The notes below the pieces were generated by a model, which saw nothing but the letters and a program-made list of their open reading frames with translations, searched no databases and had not been told where the DNA came from. Below, piece after piece: positions 36,351-64,000 of a stretch of DNA of 64,000 bases (the stretch's first letter is position 1; each line of letters begins with the position of its first letter). Source of the stretch: the human T2T-CHM13v2.0 reference genome, Homo sapiens; assembly GCF_009914755.1 (NCBI RefSeq), contig NC_060940.1. One strand, given 5' to 3'. The position numbers and the translations under genes are program-made.

Positions 36351-36459
36351 GTGAGGTAGTTTCTAGATATAGCTGTAGATATAAATGGGTAAATATAGTT
36401 ATTCAGCACAGATACATACTCAGAGTATGGTATGTTAAAATTTAACTCCTACTGTGAAA

Positions 36460-36900
36460 ATGGAGGTCATTACGTTAAGTGAAATAAGCCAGGCACAGAA
36501 AGACAAATATCACATGTTCTTACTCATATCTGGGAGCTGAAAAGTTGATCTCATGGAGGTAGAGGGTAGAATGATAGATACCGAAGGCTGGGAAGAGTGT
36601 GTGGGTGGGGGTAATGAAGAGAGGCTGGTTAATGGGGACAGACATACAGTTAGATGGAAAAAATCAGTACTGCAGTTCAACAGCATGGCAGGGTGACTGC
36701 AGTTAACAACGATGTGTTCTATACTTCAAAATGGCTGGAAGAGAGGATTTGAGATGTTCCCAAAACAAAGGAATGATAAATGCTCAAGATAATGGATATC
36801 CTAAATACCCTGATTTGGTCATTACACATGTGAGACATGTAACAAAATATCTCATGTGTCCCATAAATATGTAAAAATATTATGTATCCATTTAAAAATT
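36460..36900 (+). mobile_element. L1MA-type 3' end
   Basis: ggaggtcattacgttaagtgaaataagccaggcacagaaagacaaata ... cctaaataccctgatttg. Confidence 0.88.
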
Positions 36901-37249
36901 AATCTCTACTATATACACCAAAAACAAAACTAAATTCCTCATATGGCCTCAAAACCCTACAACATCTGCCCTCACCTCGCTCTCTAATCTCACATCATAT
37001 CACTCTCCTTTTCTTCCACAATGCTCTAGCCATACTGGTCTTTCTACTCCTCATTCACTCCTGCCCCAGGGCCTTTGCACTTGCTATTCCCTCTTCCCAG
37101 AACACCTTCCACCAAGATCTTCTCATACTTGGCTCCTTCCCATCATTCTGGTCTCTGCTCAGGAGTCATCATCCTCAGAGAGTTCCCTGTCTTGTTCAGT
37201 GTGGTCTCCATCCATCACTCTTTAACCCATTATTCTCTTTTTTTGTTGC

Positions 37250-38480
<1,231 letters not shown>

Positions 38481-39384
38481 ATGCACCAAGGAAACAAATG
38501 CACTTATAACAAACAGGGCCTGGGAAGTCAGGTCCAGGCAACTGTGACATCAACAGGATTCAATATTGAAATTAAGTCTTATTCTCCAAGTGGAGAAGAC
38601 ATTTGTTGGTTTTAGTTGCCCAGCATCGAATCATTCTTCTGGTAACAGCACCCCTTTTTTCCTTTTGGAGAATTACCTCTCCCTTCTGTGAAGAGACATG
38701 GCGAACTGTAAATTAAGGTATCCTGACCCTCTCCCCATATCCAAAAGGGAGGCACTATTTTTCTAAATCAGACAGGTCCCTGATTTAGGGATGGAGTGAG
38801 ACAGGTATGAGGATAAGGGGGTTTGACCACATATCCAGAATTGACAAAGCCAAGTGCCCTTCAAGGTGAAACTGAACGCCCCTTTCCAAGGTCTGTTGGC
38901 TTCTCATTTGGTGCAAGGCTTTATCTCACACAGCTAAAACTTCCCTGTCTTTGTAGAAAAATTCTAACACAACAGAGCCCATCTTGAATTTCTTTCCCCA
39001 GGATTGGTTGTTTCATTCATCCTTTCCAATTCATAGAATTCAGTTGTTTTGACAAATGTCTAGATAGCTAGCAATATATTTTCATCTCCTTCGAAATCCT
39101 CACAACAGATATGCTGCTTGTAAATCTGCGAGGGTTTTTTTTCTGAGGAAAATCTTCTAAAACTTTGCTCATCTTGTGTCAATCCCTGCAGGGTTTCTTT
39201 ATTTGCCTGCTTGCTGGTTTAGTGGGGAGAAAAAAAAAAAAAAGGCTGAAATCCTAATTTTCACACCTTCAAAATGCATAAGCTCTGTCTACCTTTCATT
39301 TTTCTTTCTTTGAATTTTTTCCCTCTTTAAGTCCTTGTTTTCTTTCTTCTCCAGCACATGGGTGTTAGGCAAAATGGCAGATAT

Positions 39385-39590
39385 AGATGAAAAGATGGAA
39401 GAGAGGGAAGAGAAGGGAAGGGAAGGGAAGGGAAGGGAAGGGAAGGGAAGGGAAGGGAAGGGGAAAGGAAAGGAGGGGAAGGGAAGGGAGGGAAGAGGAG
39501 GGGAGGCAAGGGAAGGGAAGGATGAAGGAAAGGAGAAAGGGGAGGAGGGCAGGAGAAAGGGAGGGAGGGAGGGAGGGAGAGAAAAATCAA
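39385..39590 (+). repeat. Purine-rich tract including (AAGGG)10 at 39413-39462
   Basis: Directly visible. Confidence 0.95.
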
Positions 39591-41240
39591 AGAAAAATGC
39601 TTAACACTCCCCAATGCTTCATAATGCAAGAACACAATAAAATATTTTGCATCTTTCAATGCCTGGGTTTTCTGAGTCATCCAACACTCTGCCATTGGAC
39701 TTGTTTATATCAAAAGGAGTTAATCGTCATGTAATGCCATTGTTCTGGGGGAGAGGAAGACACAGAGAGGCAAAAATGATGAATGCCACTTGTCTCTCTA
39801 AATGAGTAACAGGGGATTTGAACTCAATATGAGCTTTGGGAATAAACGTGGTAAACGTGGTTATTTCAGGGTTACAGGAGAGACCAACAAGCAAAGTCTA
39901 AGGGCTTCTTTGCCTGCCCTGCCCTTATAAATCTGAACTTATAGGACAAGATGGGTGGAAGTTGAGTCTCAGGTGATGAGTTCAGCTATGTATGGAAAGA
40001 AATAAAGCAGCATAGGGAGGAGATGTTCTGTAAAAGTTATAATTGGTTTTTCTGAAGTTTGGAGCAATAGATGTACAATCAAGGGCCTTGCTTAATTTCC
40101 CACTCACTAAAGGCACTTTTAGCTCATCAAACATTTACTGAGGGTCAGTGCTATCTGGGAAGGCAAAAATAATGCAGCTCTCAAGTTTTTGCTCATAAAC
40201 AAGCAAGGGAAATGGCAACCTATCCCCTCACAAATGTAATAGTTTAGGTTTGTGTTGTACAATGTTTATAACCAATGGTACGCTACAAACTCTTCTAGGT
40301 GCACTGCCAAGTTTGGGTCCTTGTGCAAACGTTATTGTTTGGGTTTTTTCATTTGTTTGTTTGTTTCTACAGCTGCGGGTACTTACTGCTAGTGATTGTT
40401 GTATGACTTCCGTTGAGTTGCATGGGTCATGTGAGACTGCAGGAGGTGGAGTCTAGTTGAGACAAGTAAATACAAGTGTAGCAAAACATCAAGAGAGCCA
40501 CCAGAAAAGACCATGTTTCCTACATTCTTGCTACTAAATGTGATACCTGCAGCATGGGTATGACCTGGGAGTTTGAGGAAAATGCAGAATCAATCTCCAG
40601 TCCTGCATCAGACCCAGTGAATCAGAAACTGCACTTTAGCAAGGTCCTTGCATGTAAAAAGAGAGGCAGTATCTTCCAGTATAGAAACCCTTTCTCATAT
40701 GGATGTATAAGAGATCTTCGTCAGGGCATTAAACAGCCCAATTGACATCCAAGGCTCAGCCAAATGATTTGTAGATAAAATGTAATATTTGTATTACATT
40801 AATATATAATAATATAATTTACATTTATAATGTATTTTGTATAACATTAATATATAATAATATAAAAAATAATATATATATAAAATATAACCTCTTCTAG
40901 TGCCTTGCTACGGTTCCTAACGTGAGAGAGAACAGGCGCACATTCAGATAGCTGAGAGTTACAGTTTACCCAACGCTCCCCTTATATCACCACCTTTGAG
41001 ACTTGCCACATCCCTACAAGGCAAGTGGTACAGGCTCTAGTGCCACATCCATTTTACAGGTGGAGAAACTGAGGTTCTCAGAGGTGAAGAACCGGCCCAA
41101 AGTCACATGACTCGAATGAGATCCCACTGGGACTTGAACACTGATTGCCTGGCCCAGGAAAAGAGAATTCTTTTCCAGCTGACTCTGAACCAGTGTAATA
41201 AAGACCAGGCTGGTTGTCTGACTGAAAAGAAACGGGGTTG

Positions 41241-44205
<2,965 letters not shown>

Positions 44206-44234
44206 TAAAATTGTTTTCAATAATATTCTGCGAG

Positions 44235-45990
<1,756 letters not shown>

Positions 45991-46889
45991 AACATGGTAA
46001 ATTGGAATTTGAAATATCAGGAGTAAATTCAAACTTATCAATAGGCACAATAAACATAAATGGGTTAAATTTCTCTAATAAAAGACAATGCCTTTCAGTT
46101 TGGAGTGCTTCTTTTAAAAAAAATCCAGTTAAATACTGTAGACAAGACTATGCAATACAATAAACAACAAATAAAACAAGACAACATAGAAACATTGAAA
46201 ACAAAAATGTATATCACAAAAATTCTAACAAAAAGAAAGCAGCAGACGCAAAAGAAAAGTAAAAACAAATTTCCCTATAATCATTATCTGGTTGTCACTC
46301 CAGAGAAGTAGGCATAAAACTGGTTAATGGGAGTTGGCAAGATAAGTCAGTTAAGTATTTAAGAGACTCATTTTTAAATTCGATATGGTGGTGGTGGTGG
46401 TGAGTCTGTGGGTGGTGGAACACGTCCATGACCAGATCTAGACAGTAGCAACAGCCATCAATGTCTGTCACTAAGCTCCTGTGGATTTTAGATCTAACAT
46501 AAAGATTGCAAACGGCTCATTCTGGAGGGATGACCAGAAGTGACAAGCTAAAGGTCCTCACCCTGAAAGTGGATGCATCTCTGTCTTCTGAGAAACTTAG
46601 ATCACAGGACATGAGCCATAGATAGGCATAAAACCTGGAGGTATAAAACTTTCAGGCCTTCGCTTATGCTGTTTTCTTTGCTTAGATGACCTCCCACTGC
46701 ACTCATTTCCACCTGTCAAAATCCTCCTTATCCTTTAAGACCACCTTTTTCATGAAGCTGAATTTTACCCTTACCACCAGAGTGGTTTCCCACAGTACTC
46801 ATTTTGTGTCTCTCTCCAGACATTCACTGTACTCTCTATTATAGATTGCTTTATATTTCTGTGTATCTCTTTATATAGGCTCTTTAAAG

Positions 46890-48340
<1,451 letters not shown>

Positions 48341-48384
48341 GAAAGGTCATATGGTAGAAAAATTGTGATCACTAACCAATCTAA

Positions 48385-51284
<2,900 letters not shown>

Positions 51285-52352
51285 CTCCCTGATGCAAGAA
51301 TTACTCAGACTTTTTCTAGGCCAGAATAAGAGTAGGTCAACCTCGTCCAATCCACAGCTCCAGAAATTGAGGCATTTCCAGAATACTGTACAGAGATGAG
51401 AGGCCCTGGCCAAACAAACACATTACCTTTCCACTTTGTATTTTACTTCTCTTTCTTAACAACAACAAAAAAAAAAAAAAAAAAAAAAAAACAGAAACAG
51501 AAACAAAAAAACCTTGGCTTGGCAGTTCTAAGCTAGGGCTGACAGATTCTATAAGAAGTCCCAGAAAACATCTCAGCCTTTGCAATGAACCTTCAGGGAA
51601 CAAGTGGCCAGTGAGAAGGTGATTCACTTTGATGATAGCTTCCTGATGAGGGCCGGAACCAGTTGGAGGGTTGGTCAATTTACGACTTCATAGAAGACTC
51701 AATAAAAGTCATAAATAAAAGGGCACGTGGGTGTGAGTGCACTTCACAGTGTTGGGAGGCCCCATACGACAGAACACAAGACCGATAATTCTGATTTGGC
51801 TCAAGGTTTATCACCTACGCAGTGAAAGGTGCAGACCCCATATGCCTGGGCTGCTTCTCTCCCAGTGAAAATAGATTGAGCCTATGGACTAGGGGGGCCA
51901 TTTCTCAGATTCCTCAGGCCTTGGATCTGTGGGTAGTGCGGGGTGAGGAATGGCTGCCTTCTCTAATAAAATAAATCTTGGTGCCTCCAAGGTTGACCCT
52001 GGATAAGGACACTCCTGGGAGTACACAAGGGATGCCTCCCCTTCCAAACTGCCTGCCCCTCCACCATTCAATCCCAGAGCTGAGCGCTTAGTCTTCTAAT
52101 CACCTTAGAATAGGTCTCATGTTGTGCTTTCATTCATTCATTTAATAACACTACTATTATTATCAATATTAATAAAGCTGATTCTGAGTTCACCTCCTCT
52201 CCTGCAGTAATACAAACTTCAAGGCATTCTGTGATAGTGAGAGTTAAATGAGACAGAGTTGAAAAAAAAAAAACAACTTAGCACCTGCGGGGCACATAGT
52301 TAAGCTCCATAAATGGTAGCTATATAATTTCTGACTATCAAAACCGTTTCTT

Positions 52353-53094
<742 letters not shown>

Positions 53095-53694
53095 TTAAAA
53101 AAACCTTTTCTCATGAAAGGATTTAAAACTCACACAGCACTGTCTATAATAACAAAATGAATAGTAATAATTATTACCATTATTTACCTATTTTGTGCCA
53201 TACACTAAGAGCTCTGGGGCCTTTCAGAGAATGTAAAAATGCTAAATATATATATATATATATCCAGAGAGTATATGGTAAATGCTAAGTATGTATGTAT
53301 GGCAAGATACGTTAAGAAGACACAAGTGATGGAAGGTGTTATTTTTGTTAGGATGATCAGGAATGTCCCCCCAGATAAAGCAACATTTGCAGAGAGTCCT
53401 GAATGGAGTGAACAAGAGGGCCATGCAGATATCTTGGAGGAAAGACATTCCCGAGCAAGGAAACAGCAAGTGCAAAGGCCACAAGGTGGGATTGAGTGTG
53501 GTGTGTTTGAAAGCTGAACTGTCACCAGTGCAGGAGCAGAGTGGGCAAGGCAGAGCAGGGGAGTGATCCAGGCAAAGGTACATTTCAGGAGAAATTGACA
53601 GTAAGGAGTTTGGATTTTATGCTACATGTGTTGGAAAAACCAATGAAGGGTTTTCAGCTAGGTAACATGATCCGATTTACTCCCTTTAAAGATT

Positions 53695-54380
<686 letters not shown>

Positions 54381-54667
54381 CTATTGTAGTTGTCTAGACA
54401 GGTGGGGGGAGCTGGCATGGGGTGATGGGGCTCAGAAAAGAGTGGATGTACCCAGGCCATGCTTTAGAGCCAGGATCAGTAGAGGCAGCCAGAGTGTTAG
54501 ATGTAGGGTGAGTGTAGAGCAGGAGGGAGGAAAAGAGTTTCAATGTGTCAGTGGTGACTCCCAGCCCTTTGGTGGCCCTCCTGAGAGGAGGATGGCCCGT
54601 TAACCAAATGACAAAGGCAACAAGAAGTAGTTGAGGAAAAAACAGTAAAATAAAATATTAAGAGTCA

Positions 54668-55236
<569 letters not shown>

Positions 55237-55384
55237 TTAAGAGTCAGGTAGTGAATCAAGCAGATGATAGAAAAAAAGAGACTCAGGGTCATACCATAAA
55301 CCTTATCAGTCATCTATATCTCTATATGAATAATAACATCTTTTATTAATCATGGCTTTTCAATTCACAAGAAACTTTCATCTC

Positions 55385-56285
55385 TACTATATTATATTGG
55401 TATATTACATAATATATAAGATAAGATATAGTTTAGAGGAAAGTTGCTTGTATATATAGCATATATTACATAGTATACTATATTATATATAGTGTATATA
55501 GTACATATATTATAGTTTGTGTTATATGGTATGTATATCATATATACTATAGAATACTATATGATATATAGTATATGTTATGTACACTATAAAATACAAA
55601 CATGGTATAATATGTGTATGTGCCATTATGTTACATAGTACATATGTTAGAGCATATATCATTGTACTCATGTTTATATGCTATAGTATTATATTTATTA
55701 TAAAATATTTAATACTTAGTATACTATACTATATTAGATACATACTATATAATATATATATAACATATTGTATTAATCCGTTTTCATGCTGCTGATAAAG
55801 ACATACCTGAGACTGGGCAATTTACAAAAGAAAGAGGTTTATTACTCCCCAGCCACGTGGAACTGTGGCTGGGAAGGCCTCACAAGCATGGCAGAAGATG
55901 AAAGGCATGTCTCACATGGCAGCAGACAAGAGAAGAGAGCTTGTACAGGGAAATTCCCGTGTATATAACCATCAGATCTCATGAGACTTATTCACTATCA
56001 CAAAAACAGCACAGGAAAGACCCACTCCCATGATTCAATTATCTCCCACTAGGTTCCTCCCACAACATGTGGGAATTGTGGGATTTACAATTCAAGATAA
56101 GATTTGGGTGGGGACACAGCCAAACCATATCATATATTAGATAGTATATGTCATATACACCATGTAGTGTGTATATATAATATAATATGCTGTGTGAAGT
56201 TCATATAGATGACTTTCTTATATACTATTATGTTACATATTAACATATATAAACATATATATGATACAAATATTATGCTAAGAAT
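55385..56285. repeat. TA-rich low-complexity tract interrupted by a THE1 LTR
   Basis: Directly visible degenerate (TA)n. Confidence 0.85.
55769..56132 (-). mobile_element. THE1B-like solo LTR
   Basis: tgtattaatccgttttcatgctgctgataaagacatacc ... gggacacagccaaaccatatca; flanks catat/tatat. Confidence 0.92.
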
Positions 56286-57299
56286 TTCTAAATTATATCT
56301 AATTTAACTCTCCCCACCAGAACCACCCCATAGTGCATATTTTTTCATGGTCGTCTTTCCACAGATAGGGAAATTGAGGCTCTGATAGGTCAAGGACTTT
56401 GCCCAAGGTCACAAGGCTGATGAGGAACAAAACCTGAACTCTTCATCTGCCACAAAGGGGCACTTGGATGGAGACGTTCAAGTGCCAGTTACACCAGTAC
56501 AGCTGCTGGAATCCAGGTGTTGCTTCTGTTAAGTCTATGGAAAGAAATGCCCAATTTTACTGTGACTTTTCACTTCTGAACTGTCTTGTCTGTAGTGAAA
56601 GAGATTTCCAATTTAGGTTTCTGTGCATTGATTATGTTGCAGAGTTAAACCCTCTTCCTGGGAGAAAAGAAAAAAAAGGAAATTATTAAAATTGAGCCTG
56701 AAAAAGAAATAACTAGCACACAGACAGCAAAGATGGAGTTGAAGCCTTCAAAGATGGAAATTACAAAATAGCCTACACTCCTAAAATGTAGATTTCTCCT
56801 ATCCAGGTTCTTCAAAAGCTCCAGATGCTTGAAGGAAAATACCTCTAAATAGATGTTGGCTCCTGATTTTCTCTCATTACCTGTGAGAACTCGCCCTTCT
56901 AAGCTGCACATTTCTCTTATCTTCTCCTATTCTCCATCACACAAGCTGCCTAGAGCTGATATTTCTTCATTGTTCATCTCTCTAAGTTGCACAGTTTCCT
57001 AAAGCATTGCCCAGTGCCTTTGGTTTGTCAAGATGTTGCATATTCTGTGATACTGGCTAGAATAGGGAGATGGGGAGAGGGTGAGGAAGCAAATGAAAAG
57101 AGCCTAAGTCTTGTCTCCAGAGACCAGGAAAATGAGCATTTGCTCAGATGAGCTAATAGAGGGTGGGCTGCACAAATGTTAAAGATGGTGCAATGCCTTC
57201 TTCTAGGAGAACATCGTAGTCTCTTGGAATTGGCTTCATTCTCCCCCACATACACAAATAGAGAGTTACCAGCTCCTGGGAGTGAAGGAAATCAGGAGC

Positions 57300-57404
57300 C
57301 AACACTTATTGAGCACCTACTAACTATATACCAAGCACAACACTTATTGAGCACCTACTATATACCTAGCATAATGCTTATTGAGCATCTACTGGGTACC
57401 AAGC
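57300..57404. repeat. Three tandem 33-38-nt copies of a MIR/L2 terminal motif
   Basis: cttattgagcacctact...tacc(a/t)agc x3. Confidence 0.85.
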
Positions 57405-57486
57405 GCACATTTCCCTAAACCTCACAGCAACCCTCAAAGAGGGATAGTCTCATTTCCTTCTATAGATGAGAGTAATAGGAGATTGT

Positions 57487-57789
57487 GGCCAGCGCAGTGG
57501 CTCATGCCTATAATCCCAGCACTTTGGGAGGCTGAGGTGAGAGAATTGCTTGAGTCCAGGAGTTCTACAACAGCCTGGGCAACATAGCAAGACTTCATCT
57601 CCAGAAAAAATAAATAAATAATTAGCCGGGTATGATTGCACACACTTGTTGTCCCAGATACTTGGGAGGTTGAGGTGGGAGAATGCTTGAGCCTGGAAGG
57701 TCAAGACTGCAGTGAGCTATGATCAAGCCACTGCACTCCAACCTGGGTGACAGCAAGATCCCATCTTTTTGAAAAAAAAAAAAAAAAAA
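57487..57789 (+). mobile_element. AluJ-like element
   Basis: TSD agtaataggagat at 57471 and 57791. Confidence 0.92.
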
Positions 57790-57804
57790 CAGTAATAGGA
57801 GATG

Positions 57805-58447
<643 letters not shown>

Positions 58448-58834
58448 TGCTACCAGGAATTTTGTCTGTCTCATTTGCCCATATCAGCAGCAAAGGGCCT
58501 AGCACCTAGGAGGTGCTCAGAAAACATTTGGTGAATTAATTAATAAGGAAGCTAAGAATCACAGATGTATGGTACATAGTTTCAGTAAAGAACAAGACAT
58601 TGGAATTGGGGTGACCTGGGTTGCAGCCCCAGCTTTGTTATTTACCTGCTGTGTAACCTCTAAACTTCATCCACAAAGTGGATGTAACTATGGTACCTAT
58701 CTCCTGAAGTCTGAGGGAGGATGAAGTGAGATAACACTAACAAAAGCATTTGGCAACCAAGACCTCAATAAATGCTAGCTATCTTTATTATAGTTTCAAC
58801 ACATAGCCAAGTCCACATTTGAATTTAATTCATG

Positions 58835-58950
58835 GAAGAAGAGGAAGAAGAGGAAAAAGAAGAAGAAGGAGGAGGAAGAGGAGGAGGAGAGGAGATGGGG
58901 AGGGGGAGGGGGGAGGGAGAGGGGGAGGAGGTAGAGGAAGAAGAGAAGAT
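58835..58950 (+). repeat. Purine-rich GAA/GGA/G-run tract
   Basis: Directly visible; four or more G-runs, so G4-capable. Confidence 0.9.
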
Positions 58951-59044
58951 TGCGGTGATCTCAGGAGTAAGTATCAATGGAAAAAAAGATCCTGGCTTGA
59001 AAGCATGTAGAAGACTTGCGAGCAGATGGAAACAACCCAGTCAG

Positions 59045-63570
<4,526 letters not shown>

Positions 63571-63757
63571 TTATTTAAAAAAAGTTATTTTATTTTTGTT
63601 TGTCCATATTCTCTAATTTTTCTACCCAGAAGATATGCCACTTATATTTCAAAATATCTAAATGATATTTTTAAACAAGGCAATCAAAATCAGCTTACAA
63701 AAGTTTGCATAGGATATCTCAATGTTCTATGTATCTAGTATATGCTTATAAGTATAG

Positions 63758-64000
<243 letters not shown>

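Noticed and set aside
40373-40465. + strand exon after tttgtttctacag
   Set aside because: Acceptor is plausible but only weak donors follow; insufficient support.
40785-40890. Duplicated ~27-nt AT-rich unit
   Set aside because: Ordinary low-complexity slippage.
51630-51646. C/D box snoRNA-like TGATGA...CTGA
   Set aside because: Boxes are only 7 nt apart, with no terminal stem or guide region.
57300-57404. CRISPR-like repeat array
   Set aside because: Units abut with no unique spacers, derive from MIR/L2, and the DNA is eukaryotic.

Overview
Catarrhine primate (human-like) non-coding genomic DNA, intergenic or intronic. I could not name the locus and found no recognisable host protein-coding exon, rRNA, tRNA or CRISPR array. 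About 55 Alu copies (AluJ/S/Y-like; roughly a quarter of the window, about 40 on + and 16 on -) are layered on old L1M, L2, MIR, hAT (MER58A, MER5, Charlie1, a Tip100/Zaphod-like transposase remnant) and MaLR/ERV solo LTRs (THE1, MST, MLT1, MER21). The only real coding remnant is a dead, 5'-inverted L1PA ORF2 (852-4456) with a 17-bp TSD. I see no evidence of a new gene system. The most unusual signals are DNA-repair or insertion fossils readable against in-window sister repeats: an Alu with an apparent twin-priming 5' inversion, a 63-bp copy of nearby DNA inserted into an Alu, and four template-switch hairpins, one of them a perfect double hairpin. There are also several repeat-free blocks with dense TF motifs (NF-kB, CRE, homeodomain) and two well-formed candidate exons. 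Subfamily labels come from recalled consensus motifs, not a database search, and many boundaries are approximate.
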